A stretch of 34,915 nt of DNA from a virus (taxonomy: Duplodnaviria > Heunggongvirae > Uroviricota > Caudoviricetes), in IMG/VR virus record IMGVR_UViG_2802428878_000002; one strand, 5' to 3'. The notes beneath the pieces were generated by a model, which saw only the letters and a program-made list of their open reading frames with translations, was not told where the DNA came from and made no database searches. Numbering within the stretch: the stretch's first letter is position 1; each line of letters starts with the position of its first letter. Positions 19,185-26,399 of this stretch are shown piece after piece. The position numbers and the translations under genes are program-made.

Positions 19185-19577
19185 ATGGATGACAGATACG
19201 ACCAGATTCGCGAGGAGCTGCGCCAGGCCGAAAGCGCCACCGCTGCCGGCTCTCTGCCGCATCTTCGCGTTGCGGTCGATTTGGCGAGCCAGCTGATCGA
19301 CGAGCACATGGCCGAAGCTGTTATCGACGGGAAACTCAGCATTCGCGCTGCCGGCGCCCAGGTCGGGCTGACCGAGAACTCGGTGGGACCGCGGCTGGCG
19401 CGAACCCCACAACTGAATCCCTACGCACGCGGTGACGGGCGGGTCACCGCGTCGGAGATCAATCGGGCCCGCTACGACCGCGAGGCCGGAATCCCCGCGC
19501 CGACACCAGCGGAGCAGCCCGAACCACTGCGATTCAAACCGCGCCGCAACAACACTCAACCCAAGGAGACGAAATGA
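19185..19577 (+). CDS. putative HTH DNA-binding protein
   Basis: LSIRAAGAQVGLTENSVGPRL HTH-like segment; likely leaderless start 19185 (track start 19068). Confidence 0.65.
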   Translation: MDDRYDQIREELRQAESATAAGSLPHLRVAVDLASQLIDEHMAEAVIDGKLSIRAAGAQVGLTENSVGPRLARTPQLNPYARGDGRVTASEINRARYDREAGIPAPTPAEQPEPLRFKPRRNNTQPKETK

Positions 19578-20212
19578 CCAACCCTGACCTCACCTGGATT
19601 CTGTTCCTACTCGACCGCTCCGGATCGATGAGGCGGATCAAAAAGGCCACCGAAGAGGGTTTCGATGCCTTTATCGCCGAGCAGCGCAAGGCGCCCGGCC
19701 AGTGCGCGGTAACACTGGCCCAGTTCGATACCGAATACGAGGTTGTCTACTCCCAGAGGCCACTCGATGAGGTTCCGCCGCTGACTCTGGTACCGCGCAA
19801 CAGCACGGCTCTGCTCGACTCGATGGCCAACCTGATTGTGGAATCTGGGCTTCAGCTCGCAGAGCTGCCCGAAGCAGAGCGTCCAGGCACAGTGATCGTG
19901 GCGATCATGACCGACGGGCTGGAGAACGCAAGTCGCGAGTGGACGCACCCCATGATCAAGGAGCTGGTTCAGCAGCAGACCGAGCAGTACGGCTGGCAGT
20001 TCCTGTACATGGGAGCCAACCAAGACGCGATCGAGGAAGGCGCCAAGCTTGGAGTGTCTGGTGACTACTCACTCGATTTCGCCGGGGCCAACGTGGGGCA
20101 GGCGATGACTGTCACCTCGCAGAATGTCGTGTCATATCGATCGGCGCGGTCTACCGATCTGACCGCGTCGATGCCGACATACACCGCCGAACAGCGGCGC
20201 TCGTCAAAGTAG
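19574..20212 (+). CDS. von Willebrand factor A (VWA) domain protein
   Basis: MIDAS LLDRSGSM, TALLD, IMTDGLENAS, FLYMGAN. Confidence 0.9.
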   Translation: MTNPDLTWILFLLDRSGSMRRIKKATEEGFDAFIAEQRKAPGQCAVTLAQFDTEYEVVYSQRPLDEVPPLTLVPRNSTALLDSMANLIVESGLQLAELPEAERPGTVIVAIMTDGLENASREWTHPMIKELVQQQTEQYGWQFLYMGANQDAIEEGAKLGVSGDYSLDFAGANVGQAMTVTSQNVVSYRSARSTDLTASMPTYTAEQRRSSK

Positions 20213-20221
20213 GCACACACC

Positions 20222-20259
20222 GCGACCGGCGTCTGGGGGTAGACCCCAGGCCCGGTCGC
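20222..20259 (+). terminator. GC-rich hairpin after the VWA gene
   Basis: GCGACCGG/CCGGTCGC outer stem with inner CTGGGG/CCCCAG; no U-tract. Confidence 0.4.
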
Positions 20260-20414
20260 TTCTGCATGGTCAGACATGGCTCCTGGGCACAGCATCTGCT
20301 GCGAATTGATCCAGCTGCGGCCTCGCTGCTCCAGGTGCAAATAACAGCAAGAGACATCACGATGTTGTCACGTCCCTGGCGTGGTTCCCTTGGCTAGCGC
20401 GCTACCAGGGGATA

Positions 20415-20431
20415 TTCTCCGCATTAGAGAA
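20415..20431. promoter_or_regulatory. palindromic operator copy 4 (TTCTCCGCATTAGAGAA)
   Basis: Same motif, 22 bp upstream of the second XRE gene. Confidence 0.7.
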
Positions 20432-20453
20432 TTTCTGGCCCCGAAAGGACCCT

Positions 20454-20729
20454 ATGCCTGTCTCTCCGCAGCGGAAGTTCGAGCTACAGGATTCAGCTGT
20501 CGGTGACGCCCTCAACGCGGCGCGCCGGAAGGCTCAGCTCGAGTTGCAGGACGCGGGACCGCTCGCCGGCCTTGATTGGCGAGTCCTTTCACGCATCGAG
20601 CGCGGCGAGCGACCCTGCCGTGTGACCGAGCTCGTGGCTCTCGCCGCCGCCTATTCACGCCCGCCGGAAACGATCCTGCTCGCAGCGACCGGGGACCCAG
20701 AAGCATGGAAAGAGCTTCTCAACCCGTAG
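20454..20729 (+). CDS. XRE-family HTH regulator, paralog of 16985..17287
   Basis: GAAAGGA RBS; shares DSA[IV]G.A and SRIERGERPCRV[ST]E. Confidence 0.85.
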   Translation: MPVSPQRKFELQDSAVGDALNAARRKAQLELQDAGPLAGLDWRVLSRIERGERPCRVTELVALAAAYSRPPETILLAATGDPEAWKELLNP

Positions 20730-21665
20730 CAGTCCGATGCCCCGGAGCACGGCACCAACCCAATCTCGCCGATCACATCGTCGAAGGTTCCAAGCAAATC
20801 GCCTGCAATCTCGTTCGATATCTCTATAACCGAGAACGCATCGATTGCACCAACATCTTTAGCGGTGGCCAGACGCTACACCGCCTGATCAGCTGAAACC
20901 ACACTCTGCGGCCAAACGCAGCGCCTCACCTCCCCGAATTTAGCTGGGCAATGTCGCTGACCAGTGATACCGTCAGCTCGTGACTTTGATACGCCTCGAC
21001 CAGCGAGTTGCCGGGATGCAGACAGCATCACCGGCGGCTTTGTCGTGGCTGGAATCGGTCATCAAGACCCAAGAGCTCTCCACGGTCACGAGCCACGATT
21101 TCGGCCAGCCCAGATGCTTCCGGTCACCCCGATATGACCTATCCGCCCTCCCCGTGGGCGAGCGCCCCGATCGGAAGCAAGGGCCAGGGAACAAATCTCA
21201 TAAAAATCTCAATATTTGCGTTTCTGCTGCTAGGGATGTCCGCTAACACTCCCTTAGTTCAGCACGCTTTGAATTACCTTGCCGCACAGCTGATTTAGAT
21301 AAATTGTGCTTTACAAGACTCGTATTCCGTAGCACCATCATGTTCAGCACGAACGAGAAGATCGCTCGATTCGCTGCCGCACGCGGGACGCTAAGGCGTT
21401 CTCCTGCCAGGACTTTGAAAACTCCAGAGTGTGTGATGCACCGCCCCTCACGAGGGTCGATGAACAAGCCGTCTCGGCGCCCGGGGCTCCCAAGAGAGTC
21501 AATGACCGGTCAGCCAGTCGAGCATGCTCATCCTCAATCCTCCTGTCGGGGCGGTCCGCCGGGCGCCGCCATGCGCCCGGCCCTCATGCCAGCTTTCCGT
21601 TAGGAAGCAGGTATGAGTTCCGTTTGGTTGGATTGGTGTCAAATCCATTGCAACCAAACGGATAT

Positions 21666-21739
21666 GCGCCTCTAGCTCATCTGGCCAGAGCACCTGACTC
21701 TTAATCAGGGGGTACGGGGTTCGAGACCCCGGGGGCGTA
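21666..21739 (+). tRNA. tRNA-Lys(CTT)
   Basis: Cloverleaf; CCTGA CT CTT AA TCAGG; no CCA. Confidence 0.92.
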
Positions 21740-21744
21740 CGTAG

Positions 21745-22229
21745 GTAGCGTGACGTGCGGTGGAGTAGACCGCACACGTACCAGCGGGTGGTGCCGGGTA
21801 CTGGGTACGCGGCCAAGGTGCCGCAACCGACCACCAATCGGCTCCTACCCACTCGCAGATTCTTCCGGTGTCAGAACCGGTTGGGGTGTCGCGGCGGCAC
21901 CGATAGGCGCGAGATATACCGCCAACCGTCCACGGCTCGATTGCTCCGATCCCACTCCTCCTTCGCAAGGCGGAGCGGCGCGGCATCTCACCGCGAAACG
22001 ACAACCCGTTCACCCAGTAGGGGCACCCGACGGTGAGCGGCAGGGTGCAGGGTAAGACACCTTCGAGTGGGTCGAACCAGAGAGGGACACCGGCACACCG
22101 GTGTGGCGCCGTGGACAGACACGGGGGCGATAATGCAGCCCTTGACGGAGCAGGAGCCGCCTCGTTCTGGCGGCAGGCTAGAAATCCGAACACCGAGTGG
22201 TCCCGTCGGGCGCAACAATCCGGGACGCT
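21745..22229 (+). ncRNA. candidate large structured RNA, class unknown
   Basis: Non-coding gap with at least 10 hairpins; boundaries approximate. Confidence 0.45.
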
Positions 22230-22301
22230 GCGAGCGTGGTCCAATGGCTACGACCTCAGACTTCCAATCTGATGATGCGGGTTCGATTCCCGTCGCTCGC
22301 T
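22230..22301 (+). tRNA. tRNA-Gly(TCC)
   Basis: TCAGA CT TCC AA TCTGA; U73. Confidence 0.92.
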
Positions 22302-22304
22302 CTT

Positions 22305-22373
22305 GGTGCCCACGACGGTGGGTAGGGACAGAGGACGGTCCCTTCGCCACGGGGTTCGATTCCCCGCGTTGGC
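22305..22373 (+). pseudogene. degenerate tRNA-like element (intact T-arm only)
   Basis: CGGGG TTCGATT CCCCG at 22350-22366; no valid D-arm or anticodon loop. Confidence 0.35.
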
Positions 22374-22454
22374 TTCGGCCCGCGGTGCGGAACTGGTGAT
22401 GCCAGCTGGTCGGTGCCAGGTACCGGATCACTGCCGACCTTCTCCAAACATCTT

Positions 22455-22539
22455 GGCCCTGTGGCGAAACATGGCAGCCGCGCCGGATTCAAACTCCGGT
22501 GTCCGACAGGACGTGTGGGTTCGATTCCCTCCAGGGCTA
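22455..22539 (+). tRNA. tRNA-Leu(CAA)
   Basis: CCGGA TT CAA AC TCCGG; long variable arm. Confidence 0.9.
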
Positions 22540-22557
22540 CCGCGTCCGAATGAACAA

Positions 22558-22629
22558 TGCCTTGTGGGGTAATCGGCAGCCCACTGGATTTTGGCTCCGG
22601 GAGTTCAGGTTCGAGCCCTGGCGAGGCAG
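22558..22629 (+). tRNA. tRNA-Gln(TTG)
   Basis: U1-A72; CTGGA TT TTG GC TCCGG. Confidence 0.9.
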
Positions 22630-22655
22630 CAGGTCGGCGGACTCGAAACGCACAT

Positions 22656-22727
22656 TGCCCGGTGGTCTAACGGCAGGACTCCTGATTCTGGATCAGGTCG
22701 GTGGAGGTTCGAATCCTCCCTGGGCAG
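22656..22727 (+). tRNA. tRNA-Gln(CTG)
   Basis: U1-A72; CCTGA TT CTG GA TCAGG. Confidence 0.92.
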
Positions 22728-22840
22728 CATCGCGAATTCCACTGTGCGGAGTTAATCGCCCGCGTGGCAGTGGTCTTCGCAGGTGGCGTTCCAGGAGCAT
22801 GTTCGACGCTATGGCCCCATTCCAGGATCGCCGCCACAAC

Positions 22841-22917
22841 GCCCTGATAGCTCAGTCCGGCCAGAGCGGCTGCCTTGTAAGCAGTGTCCGTCGCCGGTTC
22901 GAATCCGGCTTGGGGCT
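22841..22917 (+). tRNA. tRNA-Thr(TGT)
   Basis: GCTGC CT TGT AA GCAGT. Confidence 0.9.
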
Positions 22918-22937
22918 CTCCTGCGCCTTCGGGTGTT

Positions 22938-23012
22938 GCCGCCATAGCTCAGTGGCAGAGCGCTTTCTTGGTGAGAAAGAGGTCTCGGGTTCAACCCCCG
23001 ATGGTGGCTCCA
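22938..23012 (+). tRNA. tRNA-Thr(GGT)
   Basis: CTTTC TT GGT GA GAAAG; encoded CCA. Confidence 0.92.
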
Positions 23013-23152
23013 CGGTTGTCGGTGACCAGCCCGCTGCGCGAGCGGCACGCGGAACCGTCAGACTCGGCACTCCTCTGCCCACGCAGGGGTCATTGGCTGG
23101 CTAAGCCGCACCGAGCAAGTCAGCTGCAGCTGGCCGAAAGGCGTGGGTGTCT

Positions 23153-23228
23153 GTGGATGTAGCGCAGCTGGTAGCGCGTCTCGTTGCCAACGAGAAGGCC
23201 GCGGGTTCGAATCCCGTCTTCCACTCCA
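23153..23228 (+). tRNA. tRNA-Gly(GCC)
   Basis: TCTCG TT GCC AA CGAGA; CCA. Confidence 0.92.
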
Positions 23229-23362
23229 GCACTTCTCCCCTTCGCGGGAGGTGTGGGGGCTGGTTCCGGCCCCGGCGTCAACGGAGGGTTCGCGTGGACC
23301 CTGTACCGCCCGATTGAGGTTGGCGGACGCAGAGCGCAGGTAACCCCTGTGGCAGGACACAT

Positions 23363-23436
23363 GCCCCTCTGGCCCAACTGGCAGAGGCGTCGGCTTCAGG
23401 TGCCGAAGGTTCCCGGTTCGAATCCGGGGAGGGGTA
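23363..23436 (+). tRNA. tRNA-Leu(CAG) with short variable loop
   Basis: TCGGC TT CAG GT GCCGA; 5-nt variable region. Confidence 0.85.
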
Positions 23437-23439
23437 CAA

Positions 23440-24214
23440 CGAGGCATGGCTCGATAACCGGAGGTGACTCCGGGAAAGGTGGGTGTGACACCCCGCCGCC
23501 ACATCTCTACGGGGATGTGGCACACCATGCACGGCTCCCGCAAGGAGTACCTGGGCAACCGGGTGCCACAGCGGTCCGAGTTCGGCGACAGAAGGGACGG
23601 CGAGTGCTCACCTTCGCGCCGGCGCCACGCAGCGCCGGCACCGCCACGTGAACGAGGACTGCCAGCGGGGTGCGGGGGAACACCAGTCCGAGCTCGCCAG
23701 GCGAGGGCGGTTCCCATGACCTCGGAATCCGGTGGGCGCATCGGTGCACGACGAAGAGCGCAGCGGCTTGGCGGCCAAGCGCGAGGGTGTGAAGCATTCT
23801 GTGGCTCAAAAGGTTACGGAACTTCGCGGGAAAGCACATCCTCAGTCACAAGCACTAGCTCAATTGGCAGAGCAATCGTTTCTGGAACGGTAGGTCGCCG
23901 GTTCAAGTCCGGCGTGTTTATCCAAGCGAAAGACTTTCCCTGCCACGGCTCGAAAGCGCCGTAATCCTCGGCCCTGCACAGGGAATCGAGGCAACCGTGA
24001 ACTCGCAAGGTGATCGGATGTCCGTGAGGCAGTAGAGCAATACAGGGGTTAGCTCCCCCTGTGCGAATCGAAACCTGCGGAGTAGATCGTGGCATGACGA
24101 GTGGCTGCCGCAAGCAGCCCGGCGTGACGGTTACCAGGGGAACCTGGATGGATAAATCGGGAAACCATAATCCGATGAGAGACCGTTGCTTTGGGGCCTA
24201 ATCTCAGCCCCAAA
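23440..24214 (+). ncRNA. GOLLD-like large ornate RNA
   Basis: ~775-nt hairpin-dense non-coding block inside a mycobacterial tRNA array near an HNH gene, with an internal tRNA. Size and context match GOLLD; not confirmed with the covariance model. Confidence 0.7.
23849..23924 (+). tRNA. tRNA-Gln(CTG)-like element embedded in the GOLLD-like RNA
   Basis: GCTC AATTGGCA GAGC D-arm; ATCGT TT CTG GA ACGGT; GCCGG TTCAAGT CCGGC; C1.A72 mismatch; CCA. Confidence 0.75.
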
Positions 24215-24221
24215 TAACCAA

Positions 24222-24296
24222 TAGCTCGTAGCTCAATTGTGGCAGAGCGCGCGACTGTTAATCGCGTAGTTGGAGGTTCGACTCCTCCCGGGCTAG
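24222..24296 (+). tRNA. tRNA-Asn(GTT)
   Basis: U1-A72, G73; CGCGA CT GTT AA TCGCG. Confidence 0.92.
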
Positions 24297-24308
24297 CGCT
24301 TCATATTT

Positions 24309-24379
24309 GGGGCTGTAGTTCAACGGTAGAACAGGGCTTTTGCACGGCTCTGATCGGGGTTCGATTCCTCGTAGCTCCA
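24309..24379 (+). tRNA. tRNA-Ala(TGC)
   Basis: G3.U70 identity pair; loop TT TGC AC. Confidence 0.88.
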
Positions 24380-24435
24380 CGGGCGCATCCGCGCCATTCC
24401 CGCCCGCCCACAACACGGAAAGGAGGCGCGGCGCC

Positions 24436-24903
24436 ATGACGACGATCGTGTCCGCGCCTTCCGTGCGGGTGTTCAACGCCGACTATTCGTTCCTCGACAC
24501 CGTACGCTGGCAAGACGCGGTCGGCATGCTTCTACGTGACGTGGCATACGCGCTGGAGGCGCACGTGCCCCCGCGCATCGTCCGCTCGCCAAGCGCCGAG
24601 GTGGAGGTGCCCAAGTCGCTTCTGCTGACTCGGTACGCCCCTGTCCCCTACCGGCGTGATCCGGAGTTCGCCTCGCGTGCCGAGATTCTGCGCAGGGACA
24701 ACTACCTGTGCCAGTACGTCGGCTGTGGGGCCAAGGCCACCACGATCGATCACGTGTTCCCGCGTTCGCGCGGCGGCGCACCGTCAACGTGGACGAACCA
24801 GGTAGGCGCGTGCGAGCCGTGCAACGGCCGCAAGGCAGACCGTACACCGGAGGAAGCGGGTATGAAGCTGATCCGCGAGCCTTTCCGGCCAGCGCACATC
24901 TGA
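24436..24903 (+). CDS. HNH endonuclease (McrA-like)
   Basis: VFNADYSFL, EILRRDNYLCQYVGC...TIDHVFPRSRGG..W.N.V..C..CNGRKADRTPEEAGM; AGGAGG RBS (track start 24340 lies inside tRNA-Ala). Confidence 0.92.
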   Translation: MTTIVSAPSVRVFNADYSFLDTVRWQDAVGMLLRDVAYALEAHVPPRIVRSPSAEVEVPKSLLLTRYAPVPYRRDPEFASRAEILRRDNYLCQYVGCGAKATTIDHVFPRSRGGAPSTWTNQVGACEPCNGRKADRTPEEAGMKLIREPFRPAHI

Positions 24904-24947
24904 CGACGGGGAACAGACCCGTGACGGTTCGGAGAGACGAGCTTCAT

Positions 24948-25018
24948 GGTCCGTTCGGTTAGTGGTAGGCCCCGGGATTCTCAGTCCCGTTACGCGGGTT
25001 CGATTCCCGCACGGACTA
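24948..25018 (+). tRNA. tRNA-Glu(CTC)
   Basis: CGGGA TT CTC AG TCCCG. Confidence 0.9.
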
Positions 25019-25155
25019 CGTTGAGTGGCGTTGAAATCGGGTTTGATTCCCGCAGGCCGACAGTGTGCCTGGTTGGTGTGGTGCCGCACGTCATGTGAGA
25101 GCCGTGCGAATCGGCGAAAACTCTACCGCTGCCGAGGAATCGGCAAGTAGAGCAT

Positions 25156-25228
25156 GGTCCCGAAGCTGAACTGGTTCAAGCGCTCGGTTGAAGCCCAAGA
25201 GAGGTCGGTTCGATTCCGGCCGGGACCA
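25156..25228 (+). tRNA. tRNA-Phe(GAA)
   Basis: CTCGG TT GAA GC CCAAG (one mismatch). Confidence 0.85.
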
Positions 25229-25234
25229 CGCAAT

Positions 25235-25322
25235 GTCGGTGTGGCGGAACGGCAGACGCACCAGCTTGAGGGGCTGGCGCCCATTACAGGGTGTGCAGGT
25301 TCGACTCCTGTCATCGACACCA
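25235..25322 (+). tRNA. tRNA-Leu(GAG)
   Basis: CCAGC TT GAG GG GCTGG; long arm; CCA. Confidence 0.92.
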
Positions 25323-25323
25323 A

Positions 25324-25396
25324 GCCGCGGTAGCTCAGTGGAGAGAGCACCTGCCTACGAAGCAGGGGGCCGGGGGTTCAAATCCCTCTCGCGGTA
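25324..25396 (+). tRNA. tRNA-Arg(ACG)
   Basis: CCTGC CT ACG AA GCAGG. Confidence 0.92.
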
Positions 25397-25426
25397 CAAC
25401 GGTCCAGAAGACCGAAGATCTCAAAA

Positions 25427-25503
25427 CGACCTGTAGCTCATCTGGTTAGAGCGCCGCCCTGATAAGGCGGAGGCAGTTGGTTCAAATCCATCCAGGTCGA
25501 CCA
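25427..25503 (+). tRNA. tRNA-Ile(GAT)
   Basis: CCGCC CT GAT AA GGCGG; CCA. Confidence 0.92.
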
Positions 25504-25523
25504 CGCGGCAATCCGCCGCGAAT

Positions 25524-25597
25524 GCCGGTGTAGAGCAGCTGGTTAGCTCGCCACCCTGTCAAGGTGGAGGCCGCGGGTTCAAGTCCCGTCACTGGCG
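25524..25597 (+). tRNA. tRNA-Asp(GTC)
   Basis: CCACC CT GTC AA GGTGG; G73. Confidence 0.92.
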
Positions 25598-25625
25598 CCC
25601 GTGGTGCATTTTGAGCACCGTTTTC

Positions 25626-25702
25626 AGTCTCGTAGCTCAGTTGGAAGAGCACCTGGTTTACACCCAGGGTTGTCGGGGGTTCGAATCCCTCCGGGACTAC
25701 CA
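25626..25702 (+). tRNA. tRNA-Val(TAC)
   Basis: CCTGG TT TAC AC CCAGG; CCA. Confidence 0.92.
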
Positions 25703-25703
25703 T

Positions 25704-25787
25704 GCCGGCACGGCGCAGAGGCGAGGCGCGGCGGACTGTAAATCCGTTCTTTCGGGTGAGTGGGTTCAATTCCTTCTGTCGGCACCA
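25704..25787 (+). tRNA. tRNA-Tyr(GTA)
   Basis: GCGGA CT GTA AA TCCGT; long arm; CCA. Confidence 0.9.
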
Positions 25788-25815
25788 GGCCCGCGTCGGC
25801 CTTAACGACGCGAAA

Positions 25816-25889
25816 CGGATTGTGGCGCAGCTTGGTAGCGCGTTCGCTTTGGGAGCGAAAGGTCGCGCGTTCGAATCGCGCCAGTCCGA
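25816..25889 (+). tRNA. tRNA-Pro(TGG)
   Basis: C1-G72; TTCGC TT TGG GA GCGAA. Confidence 0.92.
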
Positions 25890-25902
25890 CGCACAATTTT
25901 CA

Positions 25903-25975
25903 GCCCGCGTAGCTCAGTGGATAGAGCGCCTGCCTCCGAAGCAGGAGGCCCCGAGTTCAACTCTCGGCGTGGGTA
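25903..25975 (+). tRNA. tRNA-Arg(CCG)
   Basis: CCTGC CT CCG AA GCAGG; A20. Confidence 0.92.
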
Positions 25976-25979
25976 CTTC

Positions 25980-26058
25980 GCCTCCATAGCTCAGTCTGGT
26001 CCAGAGCCACCGACTTTTAATCGGAGGGTCGCAGGTTCAAATCCTGCTGGGGGCACCA
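25980..26058 (+). tRNA. tRNA-Lys(TTT)
   Basis: Loop CT TTT AA; CCA. Confidence 0.92.
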
Positions 26059-26081
26059 GGCCGCACCGCCGGCCGAATCTT

Positions 26082-26164
26082 GGAAGATGAACGCGCCCGG
26101 CGCGCGCACGGCTTCGAACACCGTTGGTCGCTTCGGCGATGGGGATCAGGGCCTCCGTCTTCCG
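26082..26164 (+). tRNA. tRNA-Ser(CGA) with non-canonical T-arm
   Basis: GGAAGAT/GTCTTCC acceptor, G73, long variable arm, loop TT CGA AC; T-arm GGGGATCAGGGCCTCC lacks GTTCR. Confidence 0.65.
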
Positions 26165-26187
26165 CTGTACGGGTATCTATCCCCTAT

Positions 26188-26260
26188 GCGTCCGTGGTCT
26201 AGCGGCTAAGACGCCGGTCTCCAAAACCGGAAGACGCAGGTTCGAGTCCTGCCGGGCGTG
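26188..26260 (+). tRNA. tRNA-Trp(CCA)
   Basis: CCGGT CT CCA AA ACCGG; G73. Confidence 0.92.
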
Positions 26261-26326
26261 CAAGTACCCGACCATCGAACGGTGGTCGGATCCAGAGGTC
26301 GCGACGACAGTCGCGGTCTCATCCAT

Positions 26327-26399
26327 GGCGCCGTGCTGTGATGGCTAGGCACCCGGGTTTTCACCTCGGGACGCGCGGGTTCAATTCCCGTCGGCGCTA
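26327..26399 (+). tRNA. tRNA-Glu(TTC)
   Basis: CCGGG TT TTC AC CTCGG. Confidence 0.88.

Noticed and set aside
20730-21300. Short ORFs or a possible pseudogene downstream of the second XRE
   Set aside because: Fragmented frames with no RBS or recognisable motif.
21310-21338. Putative array promoter TTTACA-N17-CACCAT
   Set aside because: The -10 match is weak; cannot be supported without TSS data.
22728-22790. Possible HDV-like (theta) ribozyme after tRNA-Gln(CTG) (CCACTG/CAGTGG pairing)
   Set aside because: The L3/P1.1 CC-GG and the catalytic J4/2 elements are not present in the required order.
21745-24214. tmRNA, RNase P RNA, Ms1 or group I/II intron as the identity of the large non-coding blocks
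   Set aside because: The conserved signature sequences of those RNAs were not found by eye.
25030-25062. T-loop-like GGGTTTGATTCCCG after tRNA-Glu(CTC)
   Set aside because: Imperfect loop and no other tRNA arms.
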